From contig JBGTMH010000059.1 of NCBI GenBank assembly GCA_041743715.1, positions 1,608-65,607 of the forward strand: 64,000 nucleotides of DNA. Direction: 5' to 3'. The notes under the pieces are model-generated. The model saw only the letters and a program-made list of their open reading frames with translations, was not told the origin of the DNA and ran no database searches. Position 1 is the first letter of the stretch. The number at the start of each line of letters is the position of its first letter. This stretch comes from Patescibacteria group bacterium (GTDB taxonomy: Bacteria; Patescibacteriota; Microgenomatia; Levybacterales; UBA12049). Shown piece after piece: positions 8,962 to 18,056 of this stretch. The translations under genes were made by a program, and so were the position numbers.

Positions 8962-10599
8962 TTATTGTACAAGGAGGGTTTGGGAAGTCGTAGTGGGGTG
9001 ATATGTGTAGGAAGATTTTGTGACATCGGTAATTGTGGTTGTGAATGTTCCTTTTTCATTGGATCTAAGGGTGAATGTTACTTTTTCTGAACTATTTGTA
9101 TTGCCAGTAAAGTTGGTCACCTTGCCAGTTGGTGTCGTGATTTTTGCCTTTACAGATGCTGTTGCAAGTGGTGCCCGTGTCGATTCATTTATTACTGTTA
9201 TTACTGATGAGATCTGTCTTCCCAAGAATGAATTGGAAGAGGACATGGTGATGTTTGAAACAGTCATCGTCAGTGCAGGTGTTGTTGTGGGTGTCGGAGT
9301 TGCTGTTGGAATAACAGTTGGACCAGCAGTTGGGCTTGGCGTCGGAGTAATAGTCGGAGTTGGAGTGAGAGTAGGTGTTGGCGTTATGGTGCCTGTTGAT
9401 ACGGCATTGTATGCATTAATTCTGCCCCAGGTCCATAAGCTGCCAGTTCCTGATATTTTGTCTGCTGTAGACTCGAGTTTTTGTCGGACACAGGTGTTGG
9501 TCGCACATTCTCCTTTTGCCCAAATTAATGCTGCAGTACCCGCAGCAAATGGTGAGGCCATGGATGTACCTGAGAGAGTTGCATATGAGTTTCCTTTATA
9601 TGTCGAGTAGATTGAGGCACCGGGAGCCGCGACATCTACCCAGGAACCGTAGGTTGAAAAGCTTGCTTTTGCGTCATTGCTTTCTGTTGCGGCAACTGCA
9701 ATCGAGTTTTGAATATATGCTGGATAGCTTGGAGCAGTGTTATTATTGTTGCCTGCTGCAACTACCACGACAACGTTTTTGTTCCACGCGTAGTTCACTG
9801 CGTCTGTCAAGGCTTGTGAGGAAGAATTTCCGACAAGACTCATGTTAATAACGTGTGCTCCATTATCAGTAGCCCATACGATACCATTTGCCCACCAAGA
9901 ATAATATCCGAAATTATCTGCTCGAAGGACTTTACCGTTGAGGAGGGATGTGTTGTAACCGGTCCCAGCAACCCCTGTACCATTGTTTGTGGTTGCTGAT
10001 GCGATACCTGCGACGTGTGTCCCATGTCCATTTTCGTCTGTGACGGTTGGGTCTGTTGTGAAATTGGCACTACCGACAACTTTTCCTGAAAGGTCAGGGT
10101 GGGTGCTTTCGATACCACTATCAAGAATAGCAATTTTTACAGTGGGACTTCCTTGGGTGACATCCCAGGCACTTTGTGCTGTTGAATTAGCGGCATTTAT
10201 CTTGAAGAGTCCCCACTGTTGGGGGAGCGACGTATCATTGGTTACCGCTGCTGCGTACCCTTTATAGTTGGGTTCAGCATATTCGACGAACGGATTACTT
10301 TCATACTGCTTGATTTTATCAGTTATTGTTCCATCTTGTATTGTAACGACTTCTACGCGAAGCTTTTCAATTTTTTGTTTGAGAAGTGTCTTATGTTTTT
10401 TTCGAAGATTTTCTTTTTCATTTTCAGGGGTAGCATTTTTATACTTCACAATAATTTCATCGGGTGAGGCAGACGCTGGGTCAAATTGTGGGGGAGTGGC
10501 TGCCCCTGCATTATTTATGAAAAAGGCGGAAAAAATAAGTGTGAAAAAGAGAAAACCACCAAAGAGAAAGAGAGAAGAAACGCGTTTTTTGAGTTTCAT
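8962..10599 (-). CDS. Secreted subtilisin-like serine protease (S8) with I9 propeptide, TP-rich linker and C-terminal beta-sandwich-like domain
   Basis: Catalytic triad blocks are AILDSGI (Asp), HGTHVAGI (His) and SGTSMASP (Ser). Propeptide is IIVKYKNA...VEYAEPNY. Linker is TPTPTLTPTPTITPTPSPT. I prefer the start MKLKKRVSSLFLF at 10599. Confidence 0.9.
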   Translation of the reverse strand: MKLKKRVSSLFLFGGFLFFTLIFSAFFINNAGAATPPQFDPASASPDEIIVKYKNATPENEKENLRKKHKTLLKQKIEKLRVEVVTIQDGTITDKIKQYESNPFVEYAEPNYKGYAAAVTNDTSLPQQWGLFKINAANSTAQSAWDVTQGSPTVKIAILDSGIESTHPDLSGKVVGSANFTTDPTVTDENGHGTHVAGIASATTNNGTGVAGTGYNTSLLNGKVLRADNFGYYSWWANGIVWATDNGAHVINMSLVGNSSSQALTDAVNYAWNKNVVVVVAAGNNNNTAPSYPAYIQNSIAVAATESNDAKASFSTYGSWVDVAAPGASIYSTYKGNSYATLSGTSMASPFAAGTAALIWAKGECATNTCVRQKLESTADKISGTGSLWTWGRINAYNAVSTGTITPTPTLTPTPTITPTPSPTAGPTVIPTATPTPTTTPALTMTVSNITMSSSNSFLGRQISSVITVINESTRAPLATASVKAKITTPTGKVTNFTGNTNSSEKVTFTLRSNEKGTFTTTITDVTKSSYTYHPTTTSQTLLVQ

Positions 10600-10670
10600 A
10601 ATTAAGTTACCTAGTTCTACAGGAATCAAAATGGATTGTCAAGGTCATGCATGCAATTGTCATGCACACA

Positions 10671-12206
10671 TTATTGCACCAGAAGTGATTGGGTGGTCTT
10701 GGTGGGATGGTATGTGTGAGAAGTTTTGGAGACGCTGGTGATTGTTGTGATGAAAGTTCCTTTTTCTCGTGAACGAAGTTGCAATGTGACTTTTCCGCTT
10801 GAATTCGTTTGTCCAGAGAATGTGGTAGCAATGCCGCTTGGTGAAGTTATGGTTGCTTTGACTGTTGCTGATGAAAGTGGTGTGGATGTGGCTTCATTGA
10901 CGACCGTGATTGTCGAGTTAATTCTTCGTTGTGTACTGGAGAGGTACGTTGAGGACATGGAAAGAGCTGAAACTGTCATTAGTGGTAGAGGCGTCGGTGT
11001 CGGTGTGGGAGTAGGGGTAGGAAGAACTGTTGAGACTGCTTTGTATGCATTGATGCGTCCCCACTTCCAATTCGGACCTGTTCCGTCAATTGGGTCCGCT
11101 GTTTTTTCTATGTACTCTCGGACACAAACATTTGTAGTACAGGTTCCTTTTGCCCAAACCAAAGCCGCTAAGCCGGCGGTGAATGGTGTTGCCATTGAGG
11201 TGCCGGACCACGTAGCGTACGAATTGCCATTAACTGTTGAATAGATGGCGACACCAGGAGACGCGACATCGACCCAGGAACCGTAATTGGAAAAGGATGC
11301 TTTAGAATCATTACTATCTGTTGCGGCAACAGCTATACTATTTTGGTAATAAGCAGGATAACTGGGTGAGCTTGAGTTGTTGTTACCAGCCGCGGCAGTG
11401 ATAACAACTCCTTTGCTCCACGCATAATTCACGGCGTCTTGCAAGGCAAAGGACGAAGAAGGGCCACCAAGACTCAGGTTAATCACGTTTGCCCCATTAT
11501 CAGCAGCCCAGATAATACCATTTGCAATCCAAGAATAGTATCCTGACCCAGTATCGTCAAGCACTTTAGCGTTCAGAAGTGATGCATTATAACCGGTTCC
11601 CGCTATGCCATTGTTATTATTTGTTGCTGCTGCGGCAATTCCAGCAACATGTGTCCCATGACCGTCTTGGTCAATAACAGTCGGGCTACTCGTGAAATTA
11701 GCGCTGCCTACTACTTTTCCTGAAAGATCACTATGTGACTCTTCAATACCCGTATCAAGAATCGCGATTTTAATATTTGTATTTCCTGTCGTTACATCCC
11801 AAACACTTTGTGAAGTTGCATTTGCAGCATTGATCTTGAAGAGTCCCCACTGTTGGGAAAGGGAAACGTCATTACTGATTGCAAATGCAGTGGCCTGGTA
11901 ATTTGGCTCGGCATATTCTATATTTGGATCTTTTTTATACCGTTGTATTCGATCCTCGATTTTTCTATCTGGTACTCTGACAACTTCAGCGCGGATTTTT
12001 TCTATGCGGTGTTTCAGTGGTGTGCCATGGGTTTGTCGAAGTCGTTGTTTGGTAGTTTCTGATACAGCGGGTTTGTATTTCACAATTATTTCGTCGGGGG
12101 CAGAAGCTGCTTCTGCGTATTGGAGAAATACATCATTTGTCGCGAAAAAAAAACCAAGTATCAGAAAAACTGGAAGTGCCAGATATGAGCCTATTTTCCG
12201 TTTCAT
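10671..12206 (-). CDS. Secreted subtilisin-like serine protease (S8), tandem paralog of 8962-10599
   Basis: Triad blocks are AILDTGI, HGTHVAGI and SGTSMATP. The propeptide, TP linker and C-terminal domain are colinear with the neighbouring gene. Confidence 0.9.
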   Translation of the reverse strand: MKRKIGSYLALPVFLILGFFFATNDVFLQYAEAASAPDEIIVKYKPAVSETTKQRLRQTHGTPLKHRIEKIRAEVVRVPDRKIEDRIQRYKKDPNIEYAEPNYQATAFAISNDVSLSQQWGLFKINAANATSQSVWDVTTGNTNIKIAILDTGIEESHSDLSGKVVGSANFTSSPTVIDQDGHGTHVAGIAAAATNNNNGIAGTGYNASLLNAKVLDDTGSGYYSWIANGIIWAADNGANVINLSLGGPSSSFALQDAVNYAWSKGVVITAAAGNNNSSSPSYPAYYQNSIAVAATDSNDSKASFSNYGSWVDVASPGVAIYSTVNGNSYATWSGTSMATPFTAGLAALVWAKGTCTTNVCVREYIEKTADPIDGTGPNWKWGRINAYKAVSTVLPTPTPTPTPTPLPLMTVSALSMSSTYLSSTQRRINSTITVVNEATSTPLSSATVKATITSPSGIATTFSGQTNSSGKVTLQLRSREKGTFITTITSVSKTSHTYHPTKTTQSLLVQ

Positions 12207-12809
12207 TGTGTATTTTTATTACCTCATAAAACCTGATTGGCAACCAGGTGTACTACCATTGTACTATACCCGCAAAATGTAAATTGGCCTCGGATTTAAC
12301 CTTGCCATTACTTTAGATCTGGATACTAATCTATCAGATAACCAGACGGAAAACAAGAAGAATTATGAGGCGCTAGCTTGAAACCGCGTATGAGATAAGA
12401 TTTATTAATCTCACGGCGGAAAAACTTTGTGCTTTAACCGAACTTGGGTATATATTCCAACCTAAGTTGAAAATACAACATTGGTCTATCAGTCAAAATC
12501 TTTTTATACCTTTTGTGATTACTTGAGGACGTTTCATGAAATACTGAATCAGCCTTAAAAGAAGAGAAGTCCCTTACGATTTTTATCGCAAATTGTCTGT
12601 TTTAGTGGCTTGTTGAAATTTCAAACGGTTATCGCATCCAGGTCTGTCTTTACTGCTACCGCTTGCTTTAGCCTACCGCCTATCAGTTTCAGGTATAGGG
12701 ACTCAGGACGCTTGTTATCATCTGGAAAACACCTGCATCGGCTTCTAGCCTATTCTACGACATGGCTGCGTTTAAAGTTTAATGATATAATAGTAAGGTA
12801 GAACTTCAA

Positions 12810-13802
12810 ATGCAAATTGCTATTAACGAAATAAAGGAAACACTTGTTGCCATAATCCTTGCAAGAAGCAAGATGTCTAGGCAAGAAGCTGAAGTGCTAG
12901 CTAATGATTATCTTGAAGGTGAACTTCAGGGAAAAAAGAGTCACGGTCTTGCAGCCTTTCCCGCTATTGTGCCAGTCTTGGGTAAATCCAGACGCAAACT
13001 TGAAGTTCTCAAAGAAACTGAGGCTTTTTTGTATATTGAGGCTAATGAAGATTTTGGAGCAATTGTTGGCAGGTGGGTATCCGACTCTCTTCTTAAAAAA
13101 GCCAGTGCTCAGGGTGTAGCTGTAGCCATAATCCGTAACATGAAAACATGGTTACGTCCCGCTACAATATCACAATATATTGCAGAGCATGATTGTCTTT
13201 CCTTGGTCTTTAATACTGGTGGTCCACCTATGGTAGCTCCACCTGGTGGAAAAGAGCCAGTTGTTGGCACAAACCCAATTGGTATAGGTATTCCCGCTGG
13301 TGATGTACCAACCGTTATGGATATGTCGACAGCAACCCGTGCATGGGGGGAAGTGCGTTTAGCCAAGAGATTTAATCATGACCTACCGCAAAACAGTTTT
13401 TTGGATAGTGACGGCAATGTTACCTTAGATCCCGATAAAGCTCATGCTGCAGTCCCAATGGGTGGATATAAAGGATTTGGGCTGGGTTTGTTAATAGAAA
13501 TACTTGGTGGGTCACTTGCAGGTATGACTATGGGGAAAGGTGATCCGCATGAAGCCTATCGCACTCGCACTAGAGGAGCAACGATAATTGTTATCAACCC
13601 AACAATGACAGTGGGCGTTGAACGGTTCAAAAAAGAAAACGAAACATTTATTGATTCTATTCGCAACTCACCTCCAGCTCCTAATACCAAGGTTACTATA
13701 CCTGGCGATAGAGCAATCCACAATCGCAAAATCAATGTAAAAAATAACTATCTAGAACTTGATGCTGATCTGTGGCAAGAGATCAAAGGCTTGTCGCAAT
13801 AA
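12810..13802 (+). CDS. Ldh_2 family (malate/L-lactate/sulfolactate-type) dehydrogenase
   Basis: A 330-aa soluble protein with GKKSHGL, GTNPIGIGIP and GYKGFGLGLLIEILGG blocks, which are typical of the Ldh_2 fold family. Confidence 0.7.
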   Translation: MQIAINEIKETLVAIILARSKMSRQEAEVLANDYLEGELQGKKSHGLAAFPAIVPVLGKSRRKLEVLKETEAFLYIEANEDFGAIVGRWVSDSLLKKASAQGVAVAIIRNMKTWLRPATISQYIAEHDCLSLVFNTGGPPMVAPPGGKEPVVGTNPIGIGIPAGDVPTVMDMSTATRAWGEVRLAKRFNHDLPQNSFLDSDGNVTLDPDKAHAAVPMGGYKGFGLGLLIEILGGSLAGMTMGKGDPHEAYRTRTRGATIIVINPTMTVGVERFKKENETFIDSIRNSPPAPNTKVTIPGDRAIHNRKINVKNNYLELDADLWQEIKGLSQ

Positions 13803-13982
13803 AATAAAACCTACAGCTTTTACCTTATGTTGCCCTGTCTTTCGAAATCTTGACAAGCCCCTGCTTTAATTGCGCTCTTTTCATGAACCTTTGCCTTATT
13901 AGCAAGGTTCGAAATCTACGAGGCTCCAGTTGATTTTTTTACTGGTATCAACGAACCAGTTTACACGGGGTGTCCTGGTGGG

Positions 13983-14011
13983 TTGTCAAGTAATGAGGGA
14001 GCTTGTATCAT
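13983..14011 (+). promoter_or_regulatory. Sigma70-type promoter TTGTCA-17-TATCAT, 7 nt before ATG 14019
   Basis: TTGTCA at 13983-13988, TATCAT at 14006-14011, ATG at 14019. Confidence 0.6.
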
Positions 14012-14018
14012 ACAAAAT

Positions 14019-14723
14019 ATGCTCAGTCGATTACGAAAAGACATACAACAATTTGCTAATCCGGAAAAAGCGCAACTACTCTCGCGATTTTTCAAAACAG
14101 GAAAAGGGGAGTATGGAGAAGGGGATGTCTTCGTAGGAGTTGTGGTACCTGATTCGAGAAAGATTGCTGTGAAGTATAAGGATTTACCACTGAGTGAGGT
14201 TGCCACGTTGCTGCAATCAAAAGTACATGAGGAACGATTGATTGCGCTACTAATATTGGTTCACAAGTTCGGCAAAGGAGATGACAGCATCAAGAAGAAA
14301 ATTTGTGAATTCTATCTGTCCCATACCAACTCTATTAACAATTGGGATTTGGTGGATTTGTCAGCGGATAAGATTGTTGGAGAATATCTTAAAACACGAG
14401 AGCGGTCGATATTAGTAAAACTTGCGCGCTCAGAAAGTATCTGGGAGAGGCGTATCAGTATGCTTGCGACATTTGCTTTTATTAAAAATGGAGAATACAA
14501 GGATACATTTATCGTTGCTGATATTTTATTGCAAGATAAACACGATCTGATCCAAAAAGCAGTTGGTTGGATGTTGCGGGAAGTGGGGAAGCGGGTGTCG
14601 GAAGAAGCATTAGTAGAGTTCTTGCAGTCACGATACAAAACAATGCCTCGGACAGCTCTGCGATACGCGATTGAGCGGTTTTCCGATGAAAAACGAAAAA
14701 AATATCTTACTGGTAGCATGTAG
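14019..14723 (+). CDS. DNA alkylation repair protein (AlkD-like HEAT-repeat family)
   Basis: Blocks are RFFKTGKGEYGEGDVFVGV, INNWDLVDLSADKIVG, ESIWERRISMLATFAF and QKAVGWMLREVGK. The start is moved from 13983 to 14019 because the promoter lies inside the longer ORF. Confidence 0.8.
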   Translation: MLSRLRKDIQQFANPEKAQLLSRFFKTGKGEYGEGDVFVGVVVPDSRKIAVKYKDLPLSEVATLLQSKVHEERLIALLILVHKFGKGDDSIKKKICEFYLSHTNSINNWDLVDLSADKIVGEYLKTRERSILVKLARSESIWERRISMLATFAFIKNGEYKDTFIVADILLQDKHDLIQKAVGWMLREVGKRVSEEALVEFLQSRYKTMPRTALRYAIERFSDEKRKKYLTGSM

Positions 14724-14756
14724 AAGCTTGTTCTGAGTGTTTAATTATGCTATACA

Positions 14757-15473
14757 ATGCCTATGGCTATCGAGCGTAAATTAGGGACACAGATGGAACA
14801 TGCTTATTTGCATGAGCATAGTCCGTTTGATAGGATGATGGACACAGCTTTTGCAGCTGTTGGGGTAAAGCCAGAATTAATAAAGTCATATCTCGCCGGG
14901 CATAAAAAGGGAACTCGTATCGCAGCAAATACAATGAGTTTGACGAGAGTTGTATTGGGCGAGGTCGTGATCCGCAGGTATGAAAAGGCACGCACGGAAA
15001 AGAATGAAAAGGCAATTATTGGAAGCATTATCAGTCTTGCCGGGATTATGGTGACTGATGGGTTAGATGGTTATCTTTCCCGAAAAGCTGGAATCGACGA
15101 CAGCGTGAGTGGGAAGATAATCGATTCTGCATGCGATGTGTACTTGCGGGCACGTATAGCGAGGTCTTCAATCCTAGCAGAAGTAGACTTAATTGATAAA
15201 ACACGATTTGGTGCAGAAGCGCTTGTTGCCTGGTCTGCGATCCCTGATATGCTCATGGGAAAGTACACAAGCACAAGTCTTGGAAAAGTGAAAGTGCCGG
15301 CAGATGCTGTAGCGACTCTGGCTGATATGTTAAAAGATTTGGCTCCTGAAAAATCATCATATAGAACAACATTGGGTAATTTGTCTAAATACGCGAGAGA
15401 GATAGGAGCAGTATTGGCATTAGCTGATGGTGTTATACGATTTCAAGCCCGTCGTCGAAAAAATCGTAGTTAA
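14757..15473 (+). CDS. CDP-alcohol phosphatidyltransferase-like protein (divergent, weakly hydrophobic)
   Basis: TDGLDGYLSRKAGIDDSVSGKIIDSACD approximates D-x2-D-G-x2-A-R-x8-G-x3-D-x3-D. It differs by Ser for Ala and a 9-residue spacer. The rest has few clear TM helices. Confidence 0.4.
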   Translation: MPMAIERKLGTQMEHAYLHEHSPFDRMMDTAFAAVGVKPELIKSYLAGHKKGTRIAANTMSLTRVVLGEVVIRRYEKARTEKNEKAIIGSIISLAGIMVTDGLDGYLSRKAGIDDSVSGKIIDSACDVYLRARIARSSILAEVDLIDKTRFGAEALVAWSAIPDMLMGKYTSTSLGKVKVPADAVATLADMLKDLAPEKSSYRTTLGNLSKYAREIGAVLALADGVIRFQARRRKNRS

Positions 15474-15485
15474 TCATAATTAAAA

Positions 15486-15515
15486 TTGACAGGAAAATAA
15501 CGTTTTAGGTAAGCT
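15486..15515 (+). promoter_or_regulatory. Promoter TTGACA-18-TAAGCT, 6 nt before ATG 15522
   Basis: TTGACA at 15486-15491 and TAAGCT at 15510-15515. Confidence 0.55.
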
Positions 15516-15521
15516 AGCTAT

Positions 15522-16202
15522 ATGTTGATAATCGGACATAGAGGGGCAATGGGATATGAGCCAGAAAATACGCTTCGGTCATTTCGAAAAGCTATCGAAT
15601 TGGGAGTGGATATGATTGAGCTTGATGTTTACCTGCTCAATGATCGCTCACTCGTCGTCATTCATGACGATACAGTTGATAGAACAACCAATGGTAAAGG
15701 GTATGTCTTGGATCAGACGTTTGAAGAAATCAGGCAATTAGATGCAGGTCGGGGAGAAAAAATTCCTACGCTTCAAGAAGTACTTGATTTGGCTGATAGG
15801 AAAATCTCAGTCAATATTGAACTAAAAGGTGAACATACTGCAGGACCTGTCGCGCGCGTGATTCAGGAGTATGTTACGAATAATGGTTGGCAATTTGAGA
15901 AATTTTCGGTTTCCTCTTTTAATCACCATGAGCTGCAAGCTTTTAAAAAACTGCTGCCACAAGTAAAAATAGGAGCGCTTATCGTCGGAATCCCAGTTAC
16001 CTATGCAAAATTTGCTGAAGAGTTAGGAGCTTATTCTGTGAATGTCTCTTTAGAATTTATAAATCAAGCATTTGTTAATGATGCACACGAAAGGGGACTC
16101 AAGATCTTTGTCTTTACGGTTAATGAGAGGGATGACAGTGAAAGGATGAAAAGGCTTGGTGTTGACGGGATCTTTAGTAATTATCCGGATAAGGTGAGGT
16201 AG
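15522..16202 (+). CDS. Glycerophosphodiester phosphodiesterase (GDPD family)
   Basis: N-terminal IIGHRGAMGYEPENTLRSFRKAIELGVDMIELDV is the classic GDPD signature. Confidence 0.9.
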   Translation: MLIIGHRGAMGYEPENTLRSFRKAIELGVDMIELDVYLLNDRSLVVIHDDTVDRTTNGKGYVLDQTFEEIRQLDAGRGEKIPTLQEVLDLADRKISVNIELKGEHTAGPVARVIQEYVTNNGWQFEKFSVSSFNHHELQAFKKLLPQVKIGALIVGIPVTYAKFAEELGAYSVNVSLEFINQAFVNDAHERGLKIFVFTVNERDDSERMKRLGVDGIFSNYPDKVR

Positions 16203-16211
16203 AGGAATAAT

Positions 16212-16781
16212 TTATCTGTTGTTATACGTATAGATTTTTTGTTTGTCAGGATCTCCATCTCGTTTGCCAGATTGAGTAACAGTGTCCGCATCAACTGCAC
16301 CCCACGGATGTGTGTCAAGGAAGTTGTTAACTTGCTCTGTTGCTATATCCTGGAGCCGAGAAATGGGAGCACAAGTTACAGTGGCAGGACCATCAGTGTC
16401 TACATCAGCAGCACTGCCCTCGGAAACGAACAAACCAGCTGTGTTTGAACTAGGACCAGGGGTTTGTCCACTGGTACCTGCAGGTGTCGAATAATTAATT
16501 TTTCTGCCCCTGTCATTATCATCTAATCCCGAAAATATGACAAAACCGTGCGAAGGATCCCCATATATATGAGTTGGTGTACCGTCAATCTGTATATTTT
16601 GTGGATTTTCGTAAGTTCTACAATCAAGTTCATTGTTTGTTCCGGGTTGCACTGTATCAGTCACAGTGGCACGTGGAGAAGCACTCGCACTTTCACTACC
16701 GGCACCGTTTACAGCGCTCGGTGCGCTACATGCTGCTACTGCAAGAACTGCTGCGACTGCGGATGTTACTCTTGTTCTTAT
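16212..16781 (-). CDS. Putative lipoprotein with a non-canonical (ATA) start
   Basis: The ORF track starts at GTG 16664. The frame stays open upstream and encodes (I)RTRVTSAVAAVLAVAACSAPS, a textbook lipoprotein signal with lipobox VAAC. The only start-like codon is ATA at 16781-16779, which overlaps the TAA of the upstream ORF (ATAA). Confidence 0.45.
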   Translation of the reverse strand: MRTRVTSAVAAVLAVAACSAPSAVNGAGSESASASPRATVTDTVQPGTNNELDCRTYENPQNIQIDGTPTHIYGDPSHGFVIFSGLDDNDRGRKINYSTPAGTSGQTPGPSSNTAGLFVSEGSAADVDTDGPATVTCAPISRLQDIATEQVNNFLDTHPWGAVDADTVTQSGKRDGDPDKQKIYTYNNR

Positions 16782-16975
16782 GCTAACTGGTCAATTAAAG
16801 GAGGTGAAGTTTGAGTTGCCGCACCCACACTGTCTACTCCAGCAGGATTGGTTGCTGTAGATGAGTTGTTATTTTCTAAGTAAGATGGTCGTACACCAAA
16901 TGCAGGTGATCTATATCCTCGAAATGGAACGCCTGCATCTGGTTGAGGTCTTGGCTGAACTACTTCTCTTAACAT
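16778..16975 (-). CDS. Small hypothetical protein (65 aa), apparently coupled to the downstream lipoprotein
   Basis: Preceded on the minus strand by TTGACA-18-TAGAAT, ending 9 nt before the ATG. Its stop overlaps the ATA of the next ORF. Confidence 0.4.
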   Translation of the reverse strand: MLREVVQPRPQPDAGVPFRGYRSPAFGVRPSYLENNNSSTATNPAGVDSVGAATQTSPPLIDQLA

Positions 16976-17032
16976 AATGCTGGAATTCTAACACGGCTTA
17001 TAACGTATTGTCAACTTTGGGTTTAATTGGGT

Positions 17033-17716
17033 TTAATTGAGAATTTTAAAAAGGTGGTAGTAGTCTTTTAGTGTGTGGATTTTTGCTAATTCTATAGCTG
17101 TGTTGTTGGCTTTTTGTTCAATTGATACTTTTGTGATGGTATTTTGTTTGAGACTTATATAATTTTTCCACGCTTTGGATCTCCAGCGTTTGATGAGAAA
17201 GGCCATAAAAGGGGAGTAAAAAGTGGGTTCGTGAACGTACGTAACAACTTCAGGTATGCTGTCGGTGATAATTTTGTTTACCTTGTCGTAGTCTTGTTTA
17301 AAATCCGCTTGCCCGACACTGTCTAAGAGGGAGAGTGGTAGGTCGTTATTGACGTGCGCGTTGGCTCCGAGGGCAAGATAGATGAGAGGCAGAGGTGTGT
17401 CTGTTTTGCAGAAATCAAAAGTAACTTTCCAGGCAGGTGTTGTTTTTTTGTTGTCGACATAATTTTTTAGCGCATTGAAGTAATAGTGAGCAAAATTGAT
17501 ATCAAAATTATTCATTACATCATTGTCAGAAAAATGACCTGTGCCCATTTTTGCAAAAACATGTTTGGAGATAATGAGATATGTTTGGTTAAAGTATTCC
17601 AGTGGAGCGAGTGAACTGTTTGCTAATTCATGCTGTAACTCTTCCATGTGATCTATCACTTCAGGGATCGATTTGAATGTCTCTTTATAACAGGAGTAAG
17701 TAAATTGACGAGTCAT
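17033..17716 (-). CDS. Hypothetical protein (DUF5995-like, tentative)
   Basis: The block LALGANAHVNNDLPLSL resembles the conserved A-H-I-N-x-D-L core I recall for DUF5995. The start is set at ATG 17716 because TATAAT lies 6 nt upstream. The ORF-track start is a GTG inside the -10 box. Confidence 0.45.
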   Translation of the reverse strand: MTRQFTYSCYKETFKSIPEVIDHMEELQHELANSSLAPLEYFNQTYLIISKHVFAKMGTGHFSDNDVMNNFDINFAHYYFNALKNYVDNKKTTPAWKVTFDFCKTDTPLPLIYLALGANAHVNNDLPLSLLDSVGQADFKQDYDKVNKIITDSIPEVVTYVHEPTFYSPFMAFLIKRWRSKAWKNYISLKQNTITKVSIEQKANNTAIELAKIHTLKDYYHLFKILN

Positions 17717-18056
17717 GCAACGATTATACACAAGGAATAATGATGGTGATTAAAGGAGAATAAAGAAGGCAAAAGCTGCCAACATAAGAGCAGCGCTTGC
17801 AGCACCAGCTGTCGTAAATAAAGTTCCAAGCAATGCGCTGTCTTTATGTTCTTCTTTTAGATACAATTTAGGAAAGTGGTGTTTGCTTTTGTTAAATTGC
17901 AGGAATGATAGTTGATGTGAAGAAGTCAGGGATAACATATAATCAACATACAGCATTAGTTGCAACATTTGATAAGAAGCCTGTGAGAAAAAAGTAAGAA
18001 AGACTCGGTGGTTCGGTTGACAATAGCTGAGAATTCTGTTTTTATAATTTGAGATC

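Noticed and set aside
9020-11244. Long + strand ORFs (9020-9610, 10726-11244 and others) inside the protease genes
   Set aside because: They are antisense shadows of the S8 genes. Their GVGVGV runs mirror the TPTPTP linkers, and no independent motifs are present.
12207-12809. RNase P RNA or tmRNA
   Set aside because: Short matches on the minus strand (GGUAGGCU, ACAGACCUGGAU, GGCUGAUUC) looked suggestive. However, the universally conserved GAGGAAAGUCC and AGGGUGAAAGGGUGCGGUAAG blocks, a tag-peptide reading frame and a tRNA-like 3' end are all missing. A full-length RNase P would also run into the 12810 CDS.
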